Source: Leucoraja ocellata
Lineage: Eukaryota
Reading direction: 5' to 3'
Assembly: GCA_036785375.1 (NCBI GenBank)
Contig: JAWMAR010000136.1
Location: 372,001-436,000 of the forward strand
DNA: 64,000 bases
A program made the translations under genes and the position numbers. The notes under the pieces are model-generated. The model was not told the DNA's origin. It saw nothing but the letters and a program-made list of their open reading frames with translations, and searched no databases. Of this stretch, positions 1-11,200 are shown piece by piece (positions within the stretch are counted from its first letter, which is position 1; the number at the start of each line of letters is the position of its first letter).

Positions 1-206
1 TGCTGTGCTTGCCTGGGAGAAATGTATTTTAAACAAAATCTGAAAATCCTCAAAATATTCAGCAGATTATAACTTCTCAGGAGAAAGAAAAACAGATTCA
101 GTGATTTTAGTCAGCAACCATTAAATCAGAGGTGTTCCATTGAAACAACATATCTACTGTGTGTTTACCTAGGCGAGACCCTGCTGTGCTAAGTCCTATT
201 ACTGCT

Positions 207-240
207 GGTCTGAAGAAGGGTTTCGGCCCGAAACGTTGCC
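207..240 (+). ncRNA. Putative minimal type I hammerhead ribozyme motif
   Basis: CUGAAGA core, extra A, stem II GGG-uuucgg-CCC, GAAA, palindromic ACGU in place of stem III, UH, stem I GGU/GCC; activity untested. Confidence 0.55.
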
Positions 241-338
241 TATCTCCTTCGCTCCATAGATGCTGCTGCACCCGCTGAGTTTCTCCAGCTTTTTTGTGTA
301 ACCTTCGATTCTCCAGCATCTGCAGTTCCCTCTTAAAC
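207..338 (+). mobile_element. Short Penelope-derived non-autonomous element with hammerhead-like 5' motif
   Basis: gtCTGAAGAagggtttcggcccGAAACgttgcc...gatgctgctgcacccgctgagtttctccagc...ctgcagttccctcttaaaca; near-identical copies at 12399, 33562, 51763. Confidence 0.8.
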
Positions 339-1330
339 ACCAACTTGTTCTATTTGATCTTATATGATTGTGCACGCCAGGTTGATAGCATTCACCGAAA
401 CAGGGCGGACCACGTGAAGGTTGCAATCTCCCACCCCAATCAGGGTGGATGACAACGAACAACGAGAGAATGTAGTATAATGCAGAAATTGTTTTAAACC
501 TGCGGAGCACCTAAGCATAATTAACATCAGGCTTTAATATGCAAGCAATTACAGCAATATAAACTATTTGTATGTGATGCTGACAAACAGAATATTTAGA
601 TGACAGAAATGGCATAACAATTGACGTGTAGCAAACCCATGTTACAAAATGTAGGGAGGAATCACTGAATCTCCTCAAAGATAATCATTTGGAACATTTT
701 ATCGGATTCTAAATAAATATTGGAATATTTGCATAAAATACAAAGACCGTGGAAAAGAGCAACTATGGTTATTTGTACTTGGTTACATTGGACAAACAGA
801 CACAAACACTCATTCATTTGGGCATTTAAAAGAGCCATGTGCTTTAAATAGTAGCTCAAAGAATGGATGAAGATACAGTATTACACAGGTCTTAAAAGGT
901 GTATATAGAAATATATTAAAGAATCTGGAATTTATCTGACTATATGATTCATGAGAAAGTGGTAGATGTATTTCAAGAACAAAAGTTATTTTTTATTGCA
1001 GAGGAACATAATATATACATATAAAATCACAATCCATGGTTTTAATTGAAGACTTGAAAATTGAGAGGACTGCAAATTGGAGATGAAAACCAGGATATAT
1101 ATATATATTGGTCTGTAAAAATAATTCAATCAACAAAGTTAAAGAGCAGCAACTTGAACACTCTTAAAGTATCAATTACTGCATATTTCATTTCTGGTTC
1201 TTAGCTGCTCAATCGAAGTGGAGGCCAATAAAAAAAATACTACGTCAGTGCTGTCACCAAAATGTGAAGTGTGGAAAGCAAGCAACATGAACTGCTGTAA
1301 CATTGACCAAACATATTGATCTATTATAGA

Positions 1331-1472
1331 AGATAGACACAAAATGCTGGAGTAACTCAGCTGGACAGGCAGCATCTCTGGAGAGAAGGAATGTGTGACG
1401 TTATGGGTCGAGACCCTTCTTCATATTGTGTGCATCTTTGGTGTAAACCAACACCTGCAGATCCTTCCTACA
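1331..1472. mobile_element. Penelope-derived short element, inverted arrangement, degenerate
   Basis: gacacaaaatgctggagtaactcagc...gacccttcttca followed by a plus-oriented tail taaaccaacacctgcagatcctt. Confidence 0.65.
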
Positions 1473-2148
1473 CATTGATGGATGAGGGTGTTCTTTACTG
1501 GAGCTGGGGGAAGATGGCACTTAGCAAATCTTAAAAGATCGTAATAATTGAAGAAAATTGATTTTAACTACGATACTGACTAGTATCTGCCAAACAAACT
1601 AATAAGTAGTTCAAAAGACACAAAGTGCTGGAGTAATTCAGCGGGACAGACAGCATCCCTGGAGAAAGTGGATAGGTGACAATCTGTGTCTTCAGACTTG
1701 CGTGGAATAAATAGTTCAGTATTGGTTTTAAGTTATTTCAGTGATTTAGAATCAGATTACTCATTCTTGATAGAAATATTTTTTTTTTTGACGAATACGT
1801 CTTCAGATTAATAAAACTACACTGTTTTAGCTCCTGAATATATACGTAGATGAACATGTTTTAATGCAAGGGGATTAATAATGCAAATATGTTGCCATTT
1901 TGTTCTGGACTTTGCTTTTGAGATTACACAAACCAATGTCACCATGGTGGAAATGTGCACCATGTATTTATTTCAGAAAAACAAAGCAATTTATTCTCAG
2001 GTTTGCTAATTGTGCCCATTATGGAAATTTTATTCAAGGAAATTAAAATATTTAATCGCTTCCATGAGGGTACAGAATATTAATAAGTTATTGTTTCATA
2101 TGTTTGATTAAAGGAGTCCTATCATAGGCTAAACATTGAGACTATTAC

Positions 2149-2288
2149 CAATATTCCAGTGTTTTGGTCCTCATCTGCCACAGGAAAAGTGGTGTCACAG
2201 ACCATGAAGAACAGGGTGGTTGCCAGAGTGGAAACTGCATGATCAAACTCCTCAGTGAAGACAGGGTGATCATCGTGTATTTGGATCC
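2149..2288 (-). CDS. exon 45 (cytoplasmic)
   Basis: TTCCAG|[47 protein letters not shown]|GTAATA; donor uncertain (read-through stops a few codons later). Confidence 0.75.
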
Positions 2289-5200
2289 CTGGAAGGAGAG
2301 ATAGATTTTAAGGTACTTGTAAAATTACACAAAAAGATACAACTGCCAGTTTAAAACTAATAGAATGATTTGGTCTATCAAATAATTCCTAAAGTGGAGC
2401 ACGTAACATATCATTTGATCTACTATGTTACACTCTTGTACTTGGTATGTTTGTGCTAATGAATAGCAGGATTTATCACTGAACTGTGTGCAAAAAGGAA
2501 TTTCATTGTAGTTACGTACACGTGACAATGAAGTGCCATTGAAACACAAGGTGCTGGAGAATTCTGACAAACAAAGTATTTAACTTACCAGTTTTAAAAT
2601 GTGCCATTATGTGCAGAATAAAAACAATAAACCTTCCTGCATTGTTGAGCCAAGTTGACTTGATGTACAGTATCCTTTTGTTAGCATCATAGTAAAATCC
2701 CTTGTTGTATGACCTATTTTGGCAGCAGGTAGCTTGTTCATTGGGAACACTGTCGGCCATGAGAAGGGTTAAAGGATTGTGGTTACAGCTACTGTAGAGT
2801 AGGTGGACGATAGAACACCCATATTGGTAGATCACAAAGTGGCGTGGGCTCAGGTTGCCCAGATCAGTTGGAATGAGTCGCTCATCATTCAATGAAACGA
2901 GATATGGTAGATTATCACCGCGATCTATAAAGAGAAACATAATGTTAAGTACCACGAGGCAATCAGGAGGTAAGAATGGATTCACGCAATGAATATGTCA
3001 AAGGTTTTGAAACTATGCTATCAATCCAGTAGTTGTGGTTAATTCTATGAGAAATGACTGTTGGATTCTATCTGTCAACTTCCTCTGTCCAAGTAACTTA
3101 AAGTTACGAGTTGGAGAGCTTTCAGTCAGAGGGGGAAATTGTGGAAGCCAGTTTCAGGCAGGAAAGGTTCCTCATCCCATTTATTTAGCGATTGGCTCTA
3201 TTCCACACAAAAGCAGGTAGCTTTGTTAAGAAATGTACTTGGAGCGAACAGGCAACCGAAAGTTTAAAAAATATACCAATCACAAACAAATATTACAATA
3301 AAGGTGAATACATACAGCCAGTATGAGACAAAATTAGTTGTCTCTGACCAATAATTGTACAATTAAACTAAGCTTATTTTAATTGAGATTTTATTTAATA
3401 CATACATGAGGCATTAATTCAATAGTAATTTCTCAATTTGTATTGGAGTGACGAGTTTGCCTAATATCGCACCCTACCTGCGTTGATGTCATGCTGAGGA
3501 TTTATTAATGTTTGTTTAATTTCTTCAAGTCTTTTCAGAAGAGGAGAGGATAGTAGGATCTCAGTTAGCTTCTCATTGTAAACAGAGATTGAAGCTGGCA
3601 TTGACACCACTTCTGCATAACCAAAACACATAGATATAATGACATGCATCATTTCTGATGTTTCTCTTACACATTTCTCAGAGCACATCCACATCATCAC
3701 ACTCTATAGTTAGTTGGCAATACACACGCAGATGCTATGATATGAAATCAACAGCACACAAGGTTGTCAGTTGGAATCTTCAGGACAGAAATTTGCCAAA
3801 CCAGCTAAAATGACCAGAAGGTGTTGTTGCCATTACGTCCCAATTGCTTGGCTAATGTTAATGAAGAAAGTGATTTGGAATTGCTGCCTTGTCTAGTACA
3901 CAGGCAAATCCAGTCCCACACAGTCAATGTTGGAAGGAACTGCACATGCAAGTTTATACCAAAGATAGACACAAAATGCTGGAGTAACTGAGTGGGTCAG
4001 GCAGCATCTCTGTAGAAAGGGAACAGGTGATGCTTTGGGTAGAGTCTGGGGACAGGTCTCAACCCGAAACATCACCTATTCCTTTTCTCCAGAGATGTGC
4101 TTGATCCGTTGAGTTACTCCAGCACTTTGAGTCTAAGTCACACAGTCATGCTTTCCTCAGAATGAATAAACAAGGAACTGCAGATACTGGTTTACACAAA
4201 AGGGCACAAAGTGCTGGAGTAATTCTGTCTGAAGAAGAGTCCTGGTCTGAAACATCATCATGATGTCCAGAGATATTGCTTGGCCCGCTGAGTTACTCCA
4301 GCACCTTGTGTAGTTTTAAGCTTTCATCAGGGTTGCTCTCACCCTCCTATTGCATCTTCTCTGGAGGTATGATCTTAACATGGATTATGCACAGGCCAGA
4401 GTTCCCACAGCACTCGAGATGAAATTCAAACTGTGCAGCCATGTGAATATTTCTAGCTTCTTGAACGACTCACCACAACCAGGAATGGCCACAACAAGGA
4501 TTAATTCTTGAGCAAAAGAAGAAGAAAAGTCCTGACCCTAGATGGCACCTGTTCATTTCTTTCCATGGATGATGCTTCACCCAATGAGACCCTCCAGTAG
4601 TTTATGTTTGCTCAAGAGTCCAGAATCTACAGTTTCTTATGTCTCTCAGTTGAACTCTTGACCTATTCTATTAACCAGGTCTGCCAGGAAGTCTGTGGGT
4701 GTGTTTTAGTTTCAGAACTTTGAGATGCGGAGGGATCTAGACATCCAATGGCATGAATTGCAAAATACCACAGCAAGTAATGAGGAAAGCTAACAGAACA
4801 CTGACAGTTATTGCCAAGGCAACTGAGTACAACAGTAGGAAGGTAAAGGAAAGACCCAAAGTGTTGGAGTAACTCAGCAGGTCAGGCAGCAACCCTGGAG
4901 AACATGGACAGGTGACGTTTTAGATCGGGACCCTGTGCCCCAAAAGGTGACGGTTAGGGTCCTGACCCGAAAAGTCACCTGTCCATGTTCTCTAGGGATG
5001 CTGCCTGACCAACTGTGTTACTCCAGCATTTTTTGTCTTTCATTGGTAAACCAGCAATTGTAGATCCTTGAATCTACATTTTGAATGCTTCAGTTAAGTA
5101 GGACACTCGTGAAACATGGAAAATCTGTGAACTTCAGAAGGTTGTGGCGGCCAAATTGCTAAAGATATTAAAGAATGACAGACAAATTTCTGGACATAAA

Positions 5201-8200
5201 AAAATGTAAGCTATTGTGGGGTTTGAGCTGATAGATCAGCCGTGATGATATCAAATGGCAAAGCAAATTCAAGTGTCCAAATTTATGTTTTATGTTTCCT
5301 ATTTCTAAAGAGGCAAAGATGTAACTGGTGTTCAGTGACTACCTGCATGTGCTCTTGCGTGTGAGCACGAGGCTGAAACACACTTGGGCTTGGCAATATA
5401 AATCATTCTGATGTAATCAGAACAACCAGGATGAATGGTTTGGAGAGCTAAATAAACTTTTGGAGAATCAGGGCCATTCAGTCAGCAGCTCCTTGATCTC
5501 TGCTTTTATGCCACCTGGTGTACTGTTTAATAATATGTTGATAGCTTTGTGGCTATTTTTACTACAACACCCAGCCATTGATGTTGAAAAATGTTTTAGG
5601 GTTTCGGACTCACCGTTTGTCAAGGATAATTCTGTTCCTTGTTTCTGAACAGTGCTTGATTTTAATGCACTGTCAAAGACACACCGTCCAACATGGTTCA
5701 CGAGCTGTAGAGAAAATAACAAAATGCAGAGGTTAATTTGCTTTATGGTTAAGATGAAAGGAAGGCTGGCAGCCATATATCAACTAGTGAATTATTTTTA
5801 AATCACAAATTGCTTCACACCTAATGAATTGCTGCTTAAATGCACGGTCTACCCTTTTTATTACGGACCTCTTAATAACAGATTTTCATGACAGCAGATA
5901 GTCTGCCCGCACAGTAATCAGACACCACTTTTTCTTTAAAAATACGACTGTGTTACACTGCGGGGGTCACTGAAATGGACAAGCAATTACTTCTATCGAT
6001 ACTTGCACAATGATACTCTATTAATGTAACAAACAGCCGTTAGTATTTTTTAACTTGCACTACCAGAAAAACATTATAAACAGTTAAAAAGCACTTTGTA
6101 ATCGTAAACAACTCATTGTTTCATGGAATGACTTTATGTGGCTGGAGCTAATCCATTTCTCGGTTATAGCAGATAATCAGCAATAATGGACACTTCCCCC
6201 CCCCCCCCCCCCCCCCTCCCCCCCCTGGTCTGTTATAATGAGAGTTATCTGTATTCACTGTATTAGTGGAGGAAACACAGCAGTCAATTTGACCAAAGCA
6301 AACTCCCATGAACAGTAATTTGGTAATAATTAGGTAATCTCTTTTAGTGACATTGTCTGAAGAATACCTGTTGCCAGGACAGAGACTAGCACCCACTTTT
6401 CTTAAAGATAGCTATTTTTATTGACGTCTTTCTGAGACATCAGACAGTACAATACATATCATTTCTTGTAGAGAGCTGCCTATATTTGCAGCATTCCCAT
6501 CCTAGGTTAGATTTTCTCTTGCTCTCCCAAGTAATTATATGGCAGCCTCAGCTATTGCCTCCCATAACTATTTGATGTCTTAATATTATTAAACATCTAC
6601 TATATGCATTATCATTTCTTAATAGTTAAGTTAACTCGTTTTTAAACCACTGTGCTAATTCCTTGTAATTTCTGAAATAAAATGGTTTACACTCTTGGTA
6701 TATTATGCATGTTTTCCTCTAGTGACAATGTCTGTGGAGGATTTGTGAGTGTTTCTGGAGGGCATGCTTGTGATTCTACTGCCTCCTGCAACATCCCCAT
6801 CAGCCCACTATTGATACATATTAAACCATTACATTAATCATGCCATTTGTTGCATTGTATTTCTGTTTTATGACACTTTGGTCCTTTGAACATTTTATTA
6901 CCTTTGGATCTATCTTATCTTGAGTGGACGTAGCCAAACCACCTGGATATCCAAATCGTTTGTGTGCCTTTTCAATTATTTCTCCAGAAATAGTAATGTG
7001 TCCAGAGTTGATTTTACAAACCAAGGTGTGTAGATGACAAAATAGTTCCTCAAGTCGCTGCCTGTCTCCTCCTCCTGAAAAGCAAACAAGGAGAGTTATA
7101 GATGTTAATAAATATTTGGCACGGTGACAATGTTGTATGATAAGGACACAATGTGTTAGAGTAACTCAGCAAGTCAGAAAGCCCTCCAGAAGAACCCACG
7201 CCTTTCCCAACTGCACGGTGTCTTGTTATCTCGGTGTTATATGGTGCTAATTTGCTCAAGTATTTACATTAGACTGTAATTGTATCATCTATTTTTGCTT
7301 GTAAATTACACTTCTGATTGAATTTGGAGATTGGCTGCGATTTACATTTCGAGTTTAATTACTATTCTACCTTTTGATTAATGCATGTAATAGTGATATT
7401 AGATTGATCAACATGACTCATATTGCTGAAATTCAAGTTATAAATTCCAGTGGTTATTATTTATATGAAGCAATTACGCTTCATGAACAGCTAGATAAAA
7501 CGTGGGTCCTCCAAACCTCCTACCTTTTAGTAAAGGCTTCCAACAAGGTAAAAAAAAAAATCTTGCCGTCCCCTAACGACCCCCCTCATGCTCTGTCTGG
7601 TCACCACTCTGCCTCCTCTGCTCCAAAAAAACAAGCTTAACCTATCATATCTCTTCTTCTAAGTGAAATGGTTCAAACCAGGCAACATCCTAGCGAAAAA
7701 CAGTGATGGACTCTTGATCCTATTTCCTTAATTTACCAGATATCTTCTCTCAACTAGCTTCCCCACCCCCACCCCCCCGAATAATGCGAGACAGAATTCC
7801 CTTGGACCTCACCTTTCACATCAATCACTGCATCCACAACATCAACCAATGTCATTTCTGCCAGCTGTAATGTGGCACCACCACCAGTCGCATCTTCCTC
7901 TCCTCATTTTTCTGCTCTCTGCAAGGACCACCCTCTCCACGAGTCCTTGATTCTTTCATCCCTAGCTACTAACCCCTCGGCCTGTACCCCAGCATTTTCA
8001 CTTGAAACTGTATGTGCTGAAGTACCTTTCCCTACACTCTCTCACCACCATCCAAGAGCCTAACAGCCCTTCACAAGTCAGACAAATATTCACATGCCCC
8101 TCCTTTAACTTCATCAACTATATTCAGTGCTCTCTATGTGGACTCCTCTATATCAATGAGACCAAATGTAGGCTAGGCGCCTGCTTTGCACAACGTAAGG

Positions 8201-11200
8201 AACGTGAGATCGCAATTTTTTTCCCTTTTCGCAATACTGGGCTTTTGAGCTGGCTGCTATTGGTACAACGGATATATTTGTTACCTTTCATTGTGTCCAG
8301 AGGTTCATTATTAGTGGTGGTTGTGGTTTCCAACTTGTCTACTGTTACCCATTTTCCTTCTATACTTGGGAATTCATAAGGGTTTAAACATTCTAACATA
8401 TCCTAAAGTAAAAAATAAACATTTTTTGGAAGATTTAGAATCTAAAATTCAATAGAATTCGCAACTATTCTTGAATGACATCAGAAAGCCTATCTTCACA
8501 CAAAGGGTAATGAAAAACCCATGTATCTTGAATTTCCTAGTGAAAATTCTATGAAATTGACAAGTATTTTTCTGGAAAAATATATCGAGGGATATGAAGT
8601 AAAAGGAACATGAATTATAAATCAAACACAACCTGGATGAAGTTGAGAAGTAAAACTAGATTAGAACCAAGTAGGTTGTCTTTCTACCCTGTAATTTGGT
8701 GGCAGTGAATGGGTAAAGAAGGATAGTTATGGTTGGGGATTGTCAAGGGAGGGGCAAGGAGCCTCGGGACATTTTGGTGTGGGACAGAGATATGGAGAGA
8801 TAAGTTGCCAAAATTGAACTTGAGACATCCGGGGTCAGGACATTATCAAAGTCAGTGAGGACATCAGAAGTGTCATGGATGGAAGTGAAGAGTTTGAGCA
8901 ATGAGAGAAGGCATAGGAAACAACTGGACTAAGACAGGGTTAAATAAATGATCCATTAGAGTTTGTTCTGCTTGTGGATCTGAGTGTGATGTAGAAGTGA
9001 GTTGTGAATGACCTGAAAACTGAATACGATAACAGGCGATGAATTATAAAAAGTACACGGATGATTTCACATCAGAGTTGAGTGGGATTGAATAGAACAG
9101 GTCTCCATTCTCTCAAGTCATTTTGGGCTCATAAAGATGGATGATGAGATGTTACCCTTGGATGGAGAATCTTGAACTAGGGGAACAAGCTTTAGATAAT
9201 GATAAGATTTGACGTTAAGATCAGGAGGAATTTCTTCATTTAGGGGCTAAGTCACGTCATGAAATTCTCTGATGTTCAAATCAATGAGCACATCAAACAA
9301 GACTGAGACTGATAACATTTGTAATCTGGGGAAATTAACAATTATGCAGAATTGTGATTAATCAGCGACCATCCTGTAGAAGGGTGGGTCAGGTTTGAGC
9401 AGCTGTATGCCTAATCCATCCCTTATATCATGATCTTACCTATCAACACTCAATGTTTCAGCATCAGCTATGATTTTTGAACTGTAATATAATGTAATAA
9501 CTGAATATGTATTATTACTGTGGAGGTTATCATGCAAGATTTTTGACCTTATTTTTAAAAGTCTATACTTTAAAAAAAATAAGCATTTTGAACCTTTAGC
9601 TCCTGCATCTGAAGGCTGATATGTCGATAAAATGCCTGCAGGTCACTCTTCTGTTTATTCAGCTGAGAAGCAAGGTGTAGGTTCTGGTCCTCCAGTTTAT
9701 CAAACAAGGTGCGGACACTAAAATCCTCCAGTTCAATCTCCTGTGCTCTTTTAGCTGTTAAAACATAAAACCTGCAAAATACCTGTTCTTGTACATTAAT
9801 AAACAGTTGACTATATAATGCAGTAATGTTTTCAATCTTTACAGGTGCTGAATTCTGATATTTGTTCCCTTCCCAAGTAAATTCACTACCCATAAAACAA
9901 AAATAATAATGGCATACAAAATGTACAATTCAGTACTGCCCTTAATGTCCTCCAGTTGCTCCAAACCTTCAGCCCGGCAGAATGCTGTAACTCTGGGACA
10001 TAGGTAAATATAGGGGTGAGTTTGGTCAAGAATTTAGAAACGTGATCTAATATTTGACTTTTTTTTTTAAATGTGAAAAGTGTACATGAAAGCAATAGGG
10101 TAAATCATGTGAATTATCATATAGCTGCTAAATTTGTATAAGATAATTATAAACAGTTGAATAAGGGGTGGGAATTAATAAGCTTTGGCTTCTTCCTGCT
10201 CCTTTTCGGACACATACAATTTCATATATTTATAGATATTGTTTATGACATTTTATAAATATTCTTGTTTTGTATTTTGTATGCTGTTACACTTGCTTTT
10301 TATTCTTTTATTCTGTTCGAAATAAAGAATTAATAAAAAAAGGAAAAAAAAAAAAAAAGCAGGACAACAGTTTGGCACTTCAATGATCAATTCACCTGAA
10401 TACAGCTGTGGTTTTCCTGATATCCCTTACACAGCGAATAAAATCTTAAGTTATCACTGTGTTTACTCCCTTCGCAGATTGGAGATGACAAATGTGATTT
10501 ATGATCCAGGATTACATTCTGAAACTTGGTTAAAGATGGCACTGTCGACAGTGGGAGAACTCAGGCCATTTTGGAACTGCATGGATGCAGAGAGACTTTA
10601 TCTGGAATCAGTTGGAGTTTTGTGATGGGATCATCTCCAATACCGAGCAGCGACAAACTCATGGCATTCAGTATGAAGAGCGTAATCTCCCAGTTCTGCA
10701 GAACCTTCTCTGAGAGCTTGGTGAGTGTCAGCCCTCTGGTCTTTTCATCTACGTTACTCCAGCACTTTGTGTTTTCTTTTGTAAACCAGCATCTGCAGTT
10801 CCTTGCTTCTGAAGATCTGAACCCAGTGGCGACGCTAAATCCTACGAATTTTTATTTTTGTAAAAATATTCTTACAAACAGAAGTACTGTAAAATAAATG
10901 AGCTGCTATATAAATAGGTGAATGATAGAAAATATGCCGATAATAGTCATAAGGCATCCTATTAATATAACAAGGCTGGAGAGTAGCTACTTTGTTTTTA
11001 CCTATTATGTGGGTTGACTCTTCTGTTTCTGATCCTTCTCCGGCACCTCGGGGTCCAAGAGCTTCATAGAAATCCAAGCTAAGAGAAAATATTGCATATT
11101 GTCACCGAACTGATTTAACGCACAAACCACAAGGAAATCTACAGTCCCACAGCTCCAGTTGCCTGAGTTTGATCCTGGCCTGTATGGCATTCTCCTTGTC

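Noticed and set aside
107-343. Recurring short ORFs ...[25 protein letters not shown] (also 12370, 33562)
   Set aside because: Antisense translations of the non-coding Penelope-derived repeat, not a gene family.
1-2148. Candidate terminal exons of the large gene (e.g. 1172-1295 QFMLLAFH..., 440-510 VLRRFK...)
   Set aside because: Acceptors are plausible, but there is no motif or homology support to choose among them; the next exon may lie outside the window.
9990-10360. AT-rich segment ending in poly-A, and similar regions at 36300-36790 and 58440-59220, as L1 remnants
   Set aside because: Plausible but too degenerate to support by eye.
10383-10897. Plus-strand ORFs with an exon-like acceptor and an 11-bp inverted repeat (10478/10631)
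   Set aside because: No recognisable domain or partner exons; the 3' part overlaps a repeat; the inverted repeat is too short to call.
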